This document shows, piece by piece, positions 9,457 to 20,506 of a stretch of 64,000 nt of DNA. Origin of the DNA: an uncultured Candidatus Saccharibacteria bacterium. GTDB taxonomy: Bacteria > Patescibacteriota > Minisyncoccia > UBA6257. The notes beneath the pieces were generated by a model. That model worked only from the letters and a program-made list of their open reading frames with translations, did no database searches and was not told the DNA's origin. The DNA is taken from positions 1,940 to 65,939 of the forward strand of contig CAZUBI010000001.1 in NCBI GenBank assembly GCA_964618625.1, given 5' to 3'. Each line of letters starts with the position of its first letter. Position 1 is the first letter of the stretch. The position numbers and the translations under genes are program-made.

Positions 9457-10680
9457 ATGAAAAGAAGATTTATTCAATACATACTTAAATATCTTGCAAA
9501 ACTTATTTTGTGGCGCTATAAGCCTCTTATTATTGGCGTAATAGGAAGCGTTGGAAAGACCTCCACAAAAGAATCTATTTATACTGTCCTAAGAAAAAGA
9601 TTTAGAGTCGAAAGAAATATTTTTAATTTAAATACAGAGATAGGAATGCCCCTTACTATAATTAGGGGTAAAGATGCTAAACGAAATATTTTGCTTTGGT
9701 TTTATAATTTTTTTCATACTTTTTGGCTGTTTATTTTTAAAACAAAAACATATCCAGAAATATTAATTCTTGAGATGTCTGAAGATGCTCCTGGTATGAT
9801 AAAATATTTAGTTGATTTAGCTCATCCTAAAATAGGGGTAGTTACTACTATTGGAGATCCGCCTGTTCATTTAGAATATTATAAAAATATTAATCAGTTG
9901 ATTGAAGAAATAAGTTATTTGCCCCAAAGTTTATCTTTGGATAATACGATTGTTTTAAACGCCGATAACCCGTTAGTTTTAAATTTAAAAGACAAAACCG
10001 TTGCTAAAGTTTTTTCTTACGGTTTTTCTGAAAATTCTGATGTTAAAATAACAGAATATAAATTAATTAATACAGAGAATTTAGAGAATATAGGAATGAA
10101 TTTTCGTTTAGAATCTAGTGGCAGTTTTGTACCAGTAAAGCTTGAAGGCGTTTTTGGAAAAGGACAAATTTATGCTTTAGCCGCCGCTGCCGCTGTGGGG
10201 CTATCTTTAGATATGAACTTGATAGAGATTAGCGAAGCAATGAAGGATTATAAAATAGCCAAAGGCAGAACAAAATTTATGCGCGGGATAAATAATAGCT
10301 GGCTATTAGATGATTCTTATAACGCTTGTCCAGATTCAGTTCGTGTTGCGCTTGATTTACTTAAAGAAGTTCCTGCAAAAAGAAAAATTGTTATTTTAGG
10401 GGATATGAAGGAATTAGGCGTAAATTCAAATCAGGCTCATATAGAAATTGGAAAAGACGTAGCAGGTATAGCTGAGGTTTTTATTGCTATAGGAGAAGAG
10501 ATGATTTTTGCCAAGCAAATAATTGATGATGAATATCTTAATGTAGAGACTTTCTGGTTCAAAAATAGCCAAGAGGCAAAAGCATCAATTAAAAAAATGA
10601 TAAAAAAAAGCGATTTAGTATTGATTAAAGGTTCACGCACAATGGAAATGGAGAAGATTACCGAGGAATTAAGAAAGTAA
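9457..10680 (+). CDS. murF: UDP-MurNAc-tripeptide:D-Ala-D-Ala ligase
   Basis: GSVGKT, LNTEIG, DDSYNA, LGDMKELG, KGSR. Confidence 0.88.
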   Translation: MKRRFIQYILKYLAKLILWRYKPLIIGVIGSVGKTSTKESIYTVLRKRFRVERNIFNLNTEIGMPLTIIRGKDAKRNILLWFYNFFHTFWLFIFKTKTYPEILILEMSEDAPGMIKYLVDLAHPKIGVVTTIGDPPVHLEYYKNINQLIEEISYLPQSLSLDNTIVLNADNPLVLNLKDKTVAKVFSYGFSENSDVKITEYKLINTENLENIGMNFRLESSGSFVPVKLEGVFGKGQIYALAAAAAVGLSLDMNLIEISEAMKDYKIAKGRTKFMRGINNSWLLDDSYNACPDSVRVALDLLKEVPAKRKIVILGDMKELGVNSNQAHIEIGKDVAGIAEVFIAIGEEMIFAKQIIDDEYLNVETFWFKNSQEAKASIKKMIKKSDLVLIKGSRTMEMEKITEELRK

Positions 10681-10721
10681 ATTTGCCCAAAATTTGGCTT
10701 TATGTTATATTTTTGCTACTT

Positions 10722-10796
10722 GCCGTCATCGTCTAGTTCGGTTTAGGACGCATGGTTCTCATCCATGTAACCCGGGTTCAAATCCCGGTGACGGCA
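10722..10796 (+). tRNA. tRNA-Glu(CTC)
   Basis: GCCGTCA/TGACGGC acceptor stem, CATGG-TTCTCAT-CCATG anticodon arm, CCGGG-TTCAAAT-CCCGG T arm; CCA not encoded. Confidence 0.95.
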
Positions 10797-10799
10797 CAT

Positions 10800-11129
10800 A
10801 TGAAGAATAAATTACAAAAAAGTTGGCTATTATTAGGTGCAAGCTTTATTATATCGATCTTTTTAAATTGGCTGGTCTATAGGAAAACTGGACCTAATTT
10901 TCCGGTAATTTTTCGTTCTAATGATTTTGGCATTAATTTTTTAGGTAATAGAAACCTGCTTTGGCAAATTCCGGTTTTGGGCATCATTTTTATTTATATA
11001 AATTATTGGCTTTCACGACTATTCCAGGGTTCTTATAAAAACTTGAGTAAATTACTTTTTTTTGCTAATATAGGAGTTGCTGTGCTGGTATTTTTAATTA
11101 GCGCGCAAATTTATTTTTTAAACCGATAA
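10800..11129 (+). CDS. hypothetical membrane protein
   Basis: Three TM segments; ORF-track start 10752 lies inside the tRNA so ATG 10800 is used. Confidence 0.6.
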   Translation: MKNKLQKSWLLLGASFIISIFLNWLVYRKTGPNFPVIFRSNDFGINFLGNRNLLWQIPVLGIIFIYINYWLSRLFQGSYKNLSKLLFFANIGVAVLVFLISAQIYFLNR

Positions 11130-11139
11130 TTATAATTAT

Positions 11140-11454
11140 ATGTTGGCAGTTATTGAGACAGGAGGAAAACAATATTTAATTTCTCCGAAACAAAAGATAA
11201 AAATAGAGAAGATAAAAGACGTAAAAGAAGGAGATGAAATAATTTTTGATAAAGTTCTTCTTATGGTTGATGATAAAGGCAATGTAAAAATAGGCCAGCC
11301 TTATATTTCAGGCACGAAAATTATTGCAAAATGCGAAGAATCAGGAAAATCTAAAAAGATTATTGTTTTCCGTTATCGTCATAAAACCCGATACAAAAAG
11401 AAAAAAGGGCATAGGCAGCCCTTTATGAAAGTATTGATTAAAGAAACTAAATAG
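11140..11454 (+). CDS. rplU: 50S ribosomal protein L21
   Basis: AVIETGGKQY, KKKGHRQP. Confidence 0.95.
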   Translation: MLAVIETGGKQYLISPKQKIKIEKIKDVKEGDEIIFDKVLLMVDDKGNVKIGQPYISGTKIIAKCEESGKSKKIIVFRYRHKTRYKKKKGHRQPFMKVLIKETK

Positions 11455-11456
11455 TT

Positions 11457-12095
11457 TTATTTTCTTCCTTCCAAAGCATTTATTAAAGTTTCTGCATCGG
11501 CGAATTCCACTTCTCCTCCCTGTGGAAGTCCGCGAGCCAACCTTGTTATTGTAATTTTGTCATCCAGACCTTTAATAGATTTTTCCAAAGAGTAGGTGGT
11601 TAAATTACCTTCTGATGTGGGGCTGAGGGCTAGGATTACTTCTTTTACTGGATTATTCGAGGATTGAGCCTTTTTAATACGCAGTAAAAGCTGAGGAATA
11701 GTTATCCTCAGTTTTTTATTTTCATCAATTTCTGATAACAACCTTCCTAAGACGTGGTAAAGACCGTGATATTTGTTTGTTTTTTCTATAGACAAAAGGT
11801 CAGTTTCTTTCTCCACAACACATATAACTGATTTGTCTCTTCGCAAGTTATTACAAATTTTACATAATGTATTACTTAAAGATTTTTTTCCTTGTTCTAT
11901 TTCTGTGATGAAAAAACAATTTGGGCATACCTGCGTTTTAGAAAATAAATTAACGAAGGCATGATAAAAATTATTTTGCGATTCTTTCTTTTGATGCAAT
12001 AACCAAAAAGCCAAACGCGCAGTTTGGCGCGGTCCCATGCCCGGGAGTTTTGAAAATATATTTACAAAATCTTTTATTGGTTTTGGTAAATCCAT
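11457..12095 (-). CDS. recR: recombination mediator RecR
   Basis: LPGMGPRQTARL, C4 zinc finger, ICVVE, YHVLG, TRLARGLP. Confidence 0.93.
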   Translation of the reverse strand: MDLPKPIKDFVNIFSKLPGMGPRQTARLAFWLLHQKKESQNNFYHAFVNLFSKTQVCPNCFFITEIEQGKKSLSNTLCKICNNLRRDKSVICVVEKETDLLSIEKTNKYHGLYHVLGRLLSEIDENKKLRITIPQLLLRIKKAQSSNNPVKEVILALSPTSEGNLTTYSLEKSIKGLDDKITITRLARGLPQGGEVEFADAETLINALEGRK

Positions 12096-12100
12096 TTTTG

Positions 12101-13477
12101 TTATTCTCCTTCTAGGCCAGGAAATTTTTCATCTTTTTCCAGATTGCGGAAACTTGCCAATTGTTCATTAAAAAATAGATTTGCATGACCTAAAGGACCA
12201 TTACGATGTTTTGCAATTATAATTTTAGCAATGTTTTTATTCTCAGAATCTTCTTTATAACGGTCTTCACGGTAGACAAAAAGGACTACATCAGCGTCTT
12301 GTTCTAAACTTCCAGTTTCTCTTAGGTCAGAGAGTTTGGGAATACATAATGGTCTTGCTTCAACAGCACGATTAAGCTGCGAGATGGCTAATACAGGTAT
12401 TTTTAATTCCCTTGACAAAGCTTTTAAGGAACGCGAAATTTCAGAATATTGCTGAACAGTGCTTTCACGGGAAAGGGAGGGACTAATTAGTTGGATATAG
12501 TCCACAATGATTAATCCTAAATTTGTTTCTGCCTGTAGTCGACGCGCCATTGTTCGAATTTGCATTACTGTGGGTGAAGCAGCATCATCAATAAATATTG
12601 GGGCTTCGGACAGACGAGATAAAGAATCCTGAATAAGAGTAAAATCATTAATATCTTCATCAGTAGAAAGACGTCCTGTTCTTATTTTCCATAAACCAAC
12701 CGTAGATTCAGCTGCTATTAATCTGTCAACCACTTGATCTTTTGACATTTCTATACTGAATATTCCTACGGGAACTTTTTCTTTTAAAGCTACATTACGC
12801 GCAATGTCTAAAGCAAGAGATGTTTTTCCTAAAGAAGGCCGCCCTCCCAAAATAATTAAATCAGATTTTTGCAATCCACCAAGATAATGATCTAGATCGT
12901 GAAATCCAGTGGATATTCCCCGTAATTTATCACCACCTTTATGCAATTGGTCTATTCTCTCAAAAGCTTTGATCAATTCTCCTTTTAAAGCCACAAATTC
13001 ATGCGCTATAGATTTTTTAGCAATAGAGAAAATGATTTGTTCTGCATTGTCTAAAACCTCATTTATATTTTCTGATTCTTGCCATCCTAATTCAGCAATT
13101 TTATAAGAAGCGGCGATTAAATCACGCAATACTCTTTTTTCGTGAACAATATTGGCATAATGAACTACATGAGCGCTTGTAGGCGTTTTATTGACTAAAG
13201 ACGTTAAAAAACTTGCTCCTCCTATTTCACCCAATTGTTTTTTTTCTTTTAAGCGATTAGATAATGAAAGAACATCAATTGGTGCATTTTGTTGATATAA
13301 GTTTAAGATAGCTTCATAAATAATGCGATGTTGGGGCTGATAAAAGTCTTCAGGAAACAAAACATCAGCAATTTTAACAATTGCGTCCTTATCTATCATA
13401 AGAGATCCTAATGTTGATTCTTCTGCCTCTATATTTTGAGGCGGAAGTTTTCCTTCAGTGATGTTTTTTTCGGCCAT
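12101..13477 (-). CDS. dnaB: replicative DNA helicase
   Basis: PPQNIEAE, GRPSLGKT, DYIQL, SQLNR, LEQDAD, KHRNGP. Confidence 0.96.
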   Translation of the reverse strand: MAEKNITEGKLPPQNIEAEESTLGSLMIDKDAIVKIADVLFPEDFYQPQHRIIYEAILNLYQQNAPIDVLSLSNRLKEKKQLGEIGGASFLTSLVNKTPTSAHVVHYANIVHEKRVLRDLIAASYKIAELGWQESENINEVLDNAEQIIFSIAKKSIAHEFVALKGELIKAFERIDQLHKGGDKLRGISTGFHDLDHYLGGLQKSDLIILGGRPSLGKTSLALDIARNVALKEKVPVGIFSIEMSKDQVVDRLIAAESTVGLWKIRTGRLSTDEDINDFTLIQDSLSRLSEAPIFIDDAASPTVMQIRTMARRLQAETNLGLIIVDYIQLISPSLSRESTVQQYSEISRSLKALSRELKIPVLAISQLNRAVEARPLCIPKLSDLRETGSLEQDADVVLFVYREDRYKEDSENKNIAKIIIAKHRNGPLGHANLFFNEQLASFRNLEKDEKFPGLEGE

Positions 13478-13493
13478 ATATTAGATATAAATT

Positions 13494-14981
13494 TTAAAGT
13501 TTTGGTTTTATAATTGTACCTTTTTTTGTGTCTTCTAACAGAAATCCAGATTTTTCTATAATTTTTCTTATTTTATCGGCTTTTTCCCATTCTCTCGCTT
13601 CTCTTAATTGCTCTCTTTTTTTTGCTAATTCTTTTATCTTTTTCGGCGGAATAACGAGTTTGATTTTATCTAATCCTAACCCTAATACTTTATCAAAACT
13701 CAGGGCTAACTCATAGACTTCTTTGCCAATAATTTCATTCGCTTTTTTTGGATTGTTCCTAATTTGATAATAATCTTTTATTAATTTCCAGAAAGCAGCC
13801 AAGGCCCTTGGAGTATTAAGATCGTCATTAATTGATTTCTCAAATTCTTTTTTTGTTTTATTCAATGAAAAAGTTGATGTTTTCTTTTTTTGAATCTTTT
13901 TCTTATCAATTAAACAATCTAGAATGAAATTATAAATATTATTTAAACTTTCTTGGGCATTTTCCAATGCTTTTTGAGAAAATTCCAATAATGTTCTGTA
14001 ATGGCTATTTAGAGCTAAATAACGAAATGCTAGAGGAGAAAAACCGGATTCTTCAATGTTTTTAATCAAAATTGCATTACTTTCAGATTTTCCCATTCGC
14101 GCGTCTTTTAAAACAAGGAATTCCCCATGAAGCCAGAAATTTACAAATTTTTTATTTGTTACAGCCTCTACTTGGGCTATTTCATTTGTATGATGAATTG
14201 GTATTAAATCTGTTCCTCCAGTATGTATATCAATTGTTTGCGCTTTTCTTGGAAAAAACTTTTTTTCTTTAAAAGCTTTGCCTAAATATTTTAAATTAAT
14301 AACAGAACATTCAATATGCCATCCTGGAAATCCGCGTCCCCAAGGTGATTCCCATTCCATTTGTCTTTTGGAATTTTTAGGGGAGAATTTCCATAGAGAA
14401 AAATCAGTAATATTCTTTTTCTCTGGAGACAGTTCTATTCTTGCACCAGCCTTTAATGTTTTATTAAGTTTTTTAAAATTCATTCCAGTTAACTTTCCGT
14501 AATCTTTCAATTTAGAAGTATCAAAATAGATTCCATCACTAGTTTGATAAGTGAAGTTATTCTTTTCCAAGGATTTAATGAGTTCGATGTCTTCTTTAAT
14601 ATGATCTGTTGCTTTAGCTACTATATCTGGAGCAAGAATATTTAATTTTTTACAATCAGCAAAGAAAGATTTAGTATAAAATTCGGCTATTTCAAAAGCG
14701 GATTTTTTTGATTTTTTTGCCGCTTTTTCTATTTTGTCTTCGCCTGTATCAGCGTTAGAAGTTAAATGCCCGACATCAGTAATGTTCATTACATGTTTGA
14801 CTTTGTACCCTTGATATAATAAAACTCTTTTTAAAATATCCCCAAAGATGTATGTTCTTAAATTTCCAATGTGCGCCGTTGAATAAACAGTTGGTCCGCA
14901 TGTATAAAGCCCAACCAGCTTATTTTCTATTGGCTTAAAAACCTGTTTCTTTTTAGTAAGAGTATTGTAAAAATAAATCAT
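13494..14981 (-). CDS. cysS: cysteine--tRNA ligase
   Basis: [26 protein letters not shown]. Confidence 0.95.
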   Translation of the reverse strand: MIYFYNTLTKKKQVFKPIENKLVGLYTCGPTVYSTAHIGNLRTYIFGDILKRVLLYQGYKVKHVMNITDVGHLTSNADTGEDKIEKAAKKSKKSAFEIAEFYTKSFFADCKKLNILAPDIVAKATDHIKEDIELIKSLEKNNFTYQTSDGIYFDTSKLKDYGKLTGMNFKKLNKTLKAGARIELSPEKKNITDFSLWKFSPKNSKRQMEWESPWGRGFPGWHIECSVINLKYLGKAFKEKKFFPRKAQTIDIHTGGTDLIPIHHTNEIAQVEAVTNKKFVNFWLHGEFLVLKDARMGKSESNAILIKNIEESGFSPLAFRYLALNSHYRTLLEFSQKALENAQESLNNIYNFILDCLIDKKKIQKKKTSTFSLNKTKKEFEKSINDDLNTPRALAAFWKLIKDYYQIRNNPKKANEIIGKEVYELALSFDKVLGLGLDKIKLVIPPKKIKELAKKREQLREAREWEKADKIRKIIEKSGFLLEDTKKGTIIKPKL

Positions 14982-15038
14982 TTATTTTGAGTGTAGTGAA
15001 AAACAAGGTTCTGCCGAGTAAAACGAGGCGGGTTCTTA
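14982..15038 (+). repeat. REP-like dispersed element (AAACAAGGTTCT...AGGTTCTTA family)
   Basis: Similar to copies at 5789-5843, 16726-16830 and 55183-55241. Confidence 0.7.
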
Positions 15039-15944
15039 CAGAAACTTTCTTTTTTTAAGGTAAGAAAAGATTAATATTGATGGTATAAAAGCAATTAACA
15101 GGATAAGCCAAAAATCATAAGGAGAACCGACAAAAGGCAGATACTGGGTGTTCATTTGATAAATACTGGTAACTAATATAGCAGGCCAGGTTACAAGAGA
15201 GAGAATTGTATAGATCCTGGTTAAGAGATTGATTTTATGTTCCATCAAGGAATTATTTGTGTTTTCCAATGATTCTATAGTGTCTTTGAAACTATCAATA
15301 AGATTTTCTACTTTAGTGCTATCACCGACTAAATCGTCAAAATAAATACGTTTGTTTTCTCCAAAAATTCGTGGTCCTTGTCTGGATAAAGAACATAAAG
15401 TTTCTTTTAAATATCTAAATATCCTTTGGAAATTTAGAACATCTCTTTTTACGAAGGAGATATTAGGGATTGCGTCCTCTGCTTTGCCTTGGAATATATC
15501 TTTTTCCACATCGTTAATCTTTTTCTGAATGTGATAAATTTGTCGTATAGCAAAATCTAAAAAATATTCAATAATGAAATAAAGAAGTTTTATAGTATCG
15601 CTAAGATATAAATTCTCAAAATCTTTTGTATAAACTTTTTCCATGAGTTCTTCGCGCATCACCGTGCTTTTTTCATAACAAATTGTAATAAGAGTATCTT
15701 TATCTAATATAACATCCAGCTCCCACGGAGAAGATTTTTTTTCAACAGCGTTCCAGCATGGGAAATGAGTTACTAAAAAAATATAACCATCGTACGCTTC
15801 AGTTTTATTTCTCTGGGAAGGTGTTTTGAGCTCTTCCAAGATAATAGGGTGAAAACGATAGTTTTTGCGAAGATATTCAATATCTTCATTGGTGGGACAG
15901 GTAATGTCTACCCAGGTAATCTTTCCTTTAAATATTTGTCTCAT
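15036..15944 (-). CDS. corA: CorA family Mg2+ transporter
   Basis: ITWVDI, FHPIILEEL, QRNK, two C-terminal TMs with YQMN (GMN variant); ATG 15944 preferred. Confidence 0.8.
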   Translation of the reverse strand: MRQIFKGKITWVDITCPTNEDIEYLRKNYRFHPIILEELKTPSQRNKTEAYDGYIFLVTHFPCWNAVEKKSSPWELDVILDKDTLITICYEKSTVMREELMEKVYTKDFENLYLSDTIKLLYFIIEYFLDFAIRQIYHIQKKINDVEKDIFQGKAEDAIPNISFVKRDVLNFQRIFRYLKETLCSLSRQGPRIFGENKRIYFDDLVGDSTKVENLIDSFKDTIESLENTNNSLMEHKINLLTRIYTILSLVTWPAILVTSIYQMNTQYLPFVGSPYDFWLILLIAFIPSILIFSYLKKRKFL

Positions 15945-16101
15945 ATGTTTTAAATTATTCAACAGTTTCATTTTATCATGGCGCACAAAGTCAGGCAAAC
16001 CCAATCGTGGAAAAACAGGGGACAACAGGTGAGGAGATATTGTTTCAAAAACACGCTAATCGCTATCGTTTTCTCAACAACATTCCGAACCTTTATCTCG
16101 C

Positions 16102-16128
16102 TTAGCACTCTTGACATTTGATTGCTAA
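16102..16128 (+). promoter_or_regulatory. CIRCE operator overlapping hrcA promoter
   Basis: TTAGCACTC-N9-GATTGCTAA; the spacer contains -35 TTGACA, with -10 TAAAAT at 16133. Confidence 0.9.
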
Positions 16129-16161
16129 TGAGTAAAATAAGAATAAGGTAGACAAAACGAT

Positions 16162-16992
16162 ATGGTAATAAAATTAAAAGATAGAAATAATTACATTTTA
16201 AAAGCTTTGATTAAAGAATATACTCGTACTGGCGAACCTGTTGCTTCTGAAATTTTAAATGCTAAATATCGTCTCGGTGTGAGTTCGGCAACTATTAGAA
16301 ATGATTTTGTAATACTCACTGAAGAAGGTTATTTATACAAACCTTATATTTCAAGCGGGCGTATACCAACAGACAAGGCCTGGAAATTTTTTATTGATAC
16401 TATTTTTGAGGATGAAAATGATTCTTTAGAACAATGGGAAGAAAAATTAAAAAGCCAGTTATTGAAAATTAAGTTCAGATTAGAAAATCACACGAATTCT
16501 GTTAAAGAAATAAAGAAATTATTAGATGTAATATCCGAAGAAAGCCATTCGTTTTGTTTCTGTTATTTATTTGAAGAAGACGAAATAATTAAACAAGGGC
16601 TTAAATATATGTTTACGGAAATGTTTGAAGAAGAATTATTAACTTGCAGGTTTTTTCAACAGATAGCTGAGTCTTTGGAAAGATTGGATGAAAAGCTAAA
16701 AAACATAAAAATTGATGAAAATCCACTTATTTCGAGCAAAGCGAGAAACAAAATTCTGGAGCGAAGCGAACAGGTTCTTATTTCAAGCAAAGCGAGAAAC
16801 AAGGTTCTCGTCAGAGGTGAGGTTCTTATTCTAATAGGGAAAGAGAATCCTTTTGTGCGGTCTAATCAATTTAGTTCTTTACTTAGCGTTGTTTCCAGGC
16901 CAAGGGCGATTTTAGGGATATTAGGGCCTAAAAGAATGCCTTATAAAAGAAATATAGCTATGTTAAGGGCAATTACTAATTTAACATCTTAA
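16162..16992 (+). CDS. hrcA: heat-inducible transcription repressor HrcA
   Basis: GEPVAS, SSATIRND, SSGRIPTD, LGILGPKRM; CIRCE upstream, grpE-dnaK downstream. Confidence 0.9.
   Translation: MVIKLKDRNNYILKALIKEYTRTGEPVASEILNAKYRLGVSSATIRNDFVILTEEGYLYKPYISSGRIPTDKAWKFFIDTIFEDENDSLEQWEEKLKSQLLKIKFRLENHTNSVKEIKKLLDVISEESHSFCFCYLFEEDEIIKQGLKYMFTEMFEEELLTCRFFQQIAESLERLDEKLKNIKIDENPLISSKARNKILERSEQVLISSKARNKVLVRGEVLILIGKENPFVRSNQFSSLLSVVSRPRAILGILGPKRMPYKRNIAMLRAITNLTS
16726..16830 (+). repeat. two tandem REP-like units inserted in-frame in hrcA
   Basis: 51-bp and 48-bp units, each starting CTTATTTC(G/A)AGCAAAGCGAGAAAC. Confidence 0.75.
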
Positions 16993-17044
16993 ATTTAACT
17001 CTGAGCGAGGTCGAAGGACATCATAAATATTTAATTTTAAAAAT

Positions 17045-17539
17045 ATGACTGACAGTAAAAAACAAAAAGAATTTGAAAAATTAAAAAAAGAGAAAGGCGA
17101 GTATTTAAAAGGATGGCAAAAAGAAAGAGCTGATTTTATTAATTACAAGAAAAATGAGAAAGAAAGATTTAAAGAGGTTGTAAGATTTTCTAACGAAAGA
17201 ATTATTAAATCATTAATTGCCGTCTTGGATGGATTTGATTTAGCTATTGAAAGTTTTTTAAAGCAGGGAAAAAATAAAAAAGAAAATGAACATTATCTTA
17301 AAGGAATTTATTTAATAAAAAGTCAATTAGAAAATATTTTAGATAAGGAAGGTATTGAGAAAATTAAAGTTAAATTAGGCGATCCGTTAAATCCAGCTCT
17401 TCACGAAGTAGTCGCAGTAACAGAAGATGAGAAATCTTCTCCTGATACAATTATAGAAATTTTAGAAAAAGGATACATTCTTAACGGGAAAGTAATTCGT
17501 CCTTGCCGGGTGATAGTGGCGAAGGCAAAAAATAAATAA
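17045..17539 (+). CDS. grpE: nucleotide exchange factor GrpE
   Basis: RADFINYKK, PALHEVV, KGYILNGKVIRP. Confidence 0.92.
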   Translation: MTDSKKQKEFEKLKKEKGEYLKGWQKERADFINYKKNEKERFKEVVRFSNERIIKSLIAVLDGFDLAIESFLKQGKNKKENEHYLKGIYLIKSQLENILDKEGIEKIKVKLGDPLNPALHEVVAVTEDEKSSPDTIIEILEKGYILNGKVIRPCRVIVAKAKNK

Positions 17540-17584
17540 CAAATAATAACAAACAACAATTAACAAATAACATAAAAGAAAATT

Positions 17585-19486
17585 ATGGCAAAAGTATTAG
17601 GTATAGATTTAGGAACAACTTTTTCAGCAATGGCTACTATAGAAGGTGGTCAACCCAAAATTATTGAAAATGCTGAAGGTGAAAGAACTACTCCATCAGT
17701 GACAGCTTTTTCTAAGACAGGCGAAAGATTAACTGGGATATTAGCTCGCCGCCAAGCTATTACAAATCCTCAAGATACAATTTATTCTGTCAAAAGATTA
17801 ATTGGAAGGAAGTTTTCTGATTCAATTGTTCAAAAAGACAAAGATCTTCTTTCTTACGAAATTAAAGAGGGCGCCAATGGCGGAGTAGAAATAAAAATGG
17901 GGGAACGTTGGTACAAACCACAGGAAATTTCAGCTATGATTTTACAAAAATTAAAGACAGACGCTGAAGCAAAATTAGGAGAAAAAATTACAGACGTAGT
18001 AATAACATGCCCTGCTTATTTTGATGATAGTCAGAGAAAAGCGACAAAAGACGCCGGAGAAGTAGCTGGTTTTAATGTGAAAAGAGTAATAAACGAACCA
18101 ACAGCAGCTGCTTTGGCCTATGGCTTGGATAAAAAGAAAGACCATGAAATAGTTGTTTATGACTTTGGAGGAGGAACTTTTGATATTTCTATTCTTTATG
18201 TTTCTCCTGATACAATTGAAGTAAAAGGAACAGGCGGAGATACGCATTTAGGTGGTGATGATTTTGATCAAAAAATAATGGATTGGGTCATAGAAAGTTT
18301 TAAACGTGATGAAAATATAGATTTGCATAAAGACCCTTTAGCTTTACAAAGAATTAAAGAAGCGGCTGAAAAAGCAAAGAAAGAATTATCTTCAACAATG
18401 CAGGTGGAAATTAACTTGCCGTTTATCACTTCTGGCGCTTCTGGTCCAAAGCACCTCTCTTATAGCCTAAGCCGTTCCAAATTAGAAGAATTAGTTGATG
18501 ATTATATTAAAAAATCAATTGATTTAACTAAAAAAACGATAAAAGAGTGCAAACTGAAGGTTTCTGATATAGAAGAGATAGTTTTAGTTGGTGGGCAAAC
18601 AAGAATGCCTAAAATTCAGGAAGAAGTGAAAAAATTATTTAACAAAGAACCAAATAAAGAAATTAATCCAGACGAAGTTGTAGCAATTGGAGCAGCTGTT
18701 CAAGCGGGCATTATAGGTGGGGAAATGAAGGACGTTTTACTTTTAGATGTAACGCCTCTTTCTTTGGGCATAGAAACGTTGGGTGGAGTTAACACGGTTT
18801 TAATTTCCAAAAATACCACTGTGCCAGTTGCGAAAGGCCAGATATTTTCCACTGCTGCAGAAAATCAGACTTCAGTGGAAATCCATGTTCTTCAAGGAGA
18901 AAGGCCAATGTCTGCTGATAATAAATCTCTTGGAAAATTTATATTAGATGGTATTCCTCATGCTCCTCGTGGTATACCTCAAATTGAAGTGACTTTTGAT
19001 ATTGACGCTAATGGAATTTTAAATGTTACAGCAAAGGATAAGGCTACTGGAAAAGAGCAATCCATTCACATTGAGGGATCTTCGGGCTTGTCAAAAGAAG
19101 AGGTAGAAAAACTAAAAAAAGAAGCAGAATTGCACAGAGAAGAAGATGAAAAGAAAAAGGGAAATATTGAAATAAAGAATAATGCTGAGTCATTGGTTTA
19201 TACTGCAGAAAAAACTTTAAAAGATGCAGGCGAAAAAGTCCCTGCTGATTTGAAAGCTAAAATTGAAGATAAAGTTAAAGAATTAAAAGAAGTGCTGAAA
19301 AATGATGATTTTGATATTATAAAGACAAAAACCGAAGAATTATCACAATCATTGCAAGAAGTAGGAACTCATCTTTATCAACAACAAAAACAAAAGGAAG
19401 AAAAAAGTAAACCAGAGGGAAAAGAATCAAATAAGAATGACAAGGATAATAAAGATGCTAAAGATGCTGATTTTGAGGAAAAATGA
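17585..19486 (+). CDS. dnaK: chaperone DnaK
   Basis: [38 protein letters not shown]. Confidence 0.98.
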   Translation: MAKVLGIDLGTTFSAMATIEGGQPKIIENAEGERTTPSVTAFSKTGERLTGILARRQAITNPQDTIYSVKRLIGRKFSDSIVQKDKDLLSYEIKEGANGGVEIKMGERWYKPQEISAMILQKLKTDAEAKLGEKITDVVITCPAYFDDSQRKATKDAGEVAGFNVKRVINEPTAAALAYGLDKKKDHEIVVYDFGGGTFDISILYVSPDTIEVKGTGGDTHLGGDDFDQKIMDWVIESFKRDENIDLHKDPLALQRIKEAAEKAKKELSSTMQVEINLPFITSGASGPKHLSYSLSRSKLEELVDDYIKKSIDLTKKTIKECKLKVSDIEEIVLVGGQTRMPKIQEEVKKLFNKEPNKEINPDEVVAIGAAVQAGIIGGEMKDVLLLDVTPLSLGIETLGGVNTVLISKNTTVPVAKGQIFSTAAENQTSVEIHVLQGERPMSADNKSLGKFILDGIPHAPRGIPQIEVTFDIDANGILNVTAKDKATGKEQSIHIEGSSGLSKEEVEKLKKEAELHREEDEKKKGNIEIKNNAESLVYTAEKTLKDAGEKVPADLKAKIEDKVKELKEVLKNDDFDIIKTKTEELSQSLQEVGTHLYQQQKQKEEKSKPEGKESNKNDKDNKDAKDADFEEK

Positions 19487-19520
19487 TGATATAGTATAAT
19501 TTAAACCACTTTAGTTTTTT

Positions 19521-20501
19521 ATGGCAAAAAACCCTAATTTTTTAAACAGCTATAAATTAGCTTATCAAGATAGAACAATCTTTTTTAAAAATTCTATTAC
19601 GGGTATTTTAATTGTAGCTTGTTTTGCTTTAGGGTCTCTTTTTTTTATTGGATTATTGCAAGGTTTTACTAATGGTAATTTAATTGGATTTAGTCTATTT
19701 TGGATAATGGGATTATGTTTGCTTCCAATATTCTTTTTAGTGCTTCCAATAAAAGATTTTCTGTTTTGGAATTTGATTATTAGCGTAAGCGCATTTATTC
19801 CATTATTGCTCAGCCATCAATGGGATAAAATCCTTTGGCTTATCTGGGGCGTTATTTTTGTCCTTTTTTTATTATCAAGAATAAGAATAAAAACAGAATA
19901 CAATGTTTTAATAAATCTTCAGTGGATGCGTATAGTGGCTAAAGGTTCTTTTTTTATCCTTTTGGCTTTAGTAATGTCTTTGTTTGCTTTAACCTATTTT
20001 CATGGAAACGCAGTATTTATAGAACAAGGAGGAATTAAAGCTTTGGATTCTATTTTTTCTCGCGCAGGGGCTATACAATCTTATTCTGATTTACAACTCT
20101 CAGGAACAGTTGATGATATTTTAGGAAAATACATTTATAAACAAATTCCAGAAGGTCAGAAAGAACCCGGTATTGGTCCAATGTCTTACGAAATTCTTTT
20201 GGCGCAAACAAAATCAAATCTTTCTCAGTTTTTAAAATATCCTGTTACTGGTAAAGAAAAATTGTCGTCTTTGATAGTAGGAGTATTAAAATCCCGTTGG
20301 CAAACTTTTTCTTCTTTATTAAAAATTGGAGCTAGTGTTTTGGCCTTTTTATTTCTGATAAGTTTCTTAAAATTTTTTAATATTATATTTTCTATTATTC
20401 TAGTTGCAATTAGTTGGATTTTTCTTCAAATTCTTTTATCTCTTAAATACTTAAAAATTAAACGTATTGGAGTAGAAAAACAAGAAATTATTATTAGTTG
20501 A
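19521..20501 (+). CDS. hypothetical multi-pass membrane protein
   Basis: Several TM segments; lies between dnaK and dnaJ. Confidence 0.7.
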   Translation: MAKNPNFLNSYKLAYQDRTIFFKNSITGILIVACFALGSLFFIGLLQGFTNGNLIGFSLFWIMGLCLLPIFFLVLPIKDFLFWNLIISVSAFIPLLLSHQWDKILWLIWGVIFVLFLLSRIRIKTEYNVLINLQWMRIVAKGSFFILLALVMSLFALTYFHGNAVFIEQGGIKALDSIFSRAGAIQSYSDLQLSGTVDDILGKYIYKQIPEGQKEPGIGPMSYEILLAQTKSNLSQFLKYPVTGKEKLSSLIVGVLKSRWQTFSSLLKIGASVLAFLFLISFLKFFNIIFSIILVAISWIFLQILLSLKYLKIKRIGVEKQEIIIS

Positions 20502-20506
20502 TAAAT

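Noticed and set aside
15960-16100. GC-richer spacer upstream of corA as an M-box Mg2+ riboswitch
   Set aside because: No convincing stems, terminator or consensus found by eye; an Rfam scan would be needed.
17531-17580. AACAA-rich low-complexity repeats before dnaK (and before groEL)
   Set aside because: Irregular units, consistent with unstructured A-rich leaders; no evidence for a distinct element.
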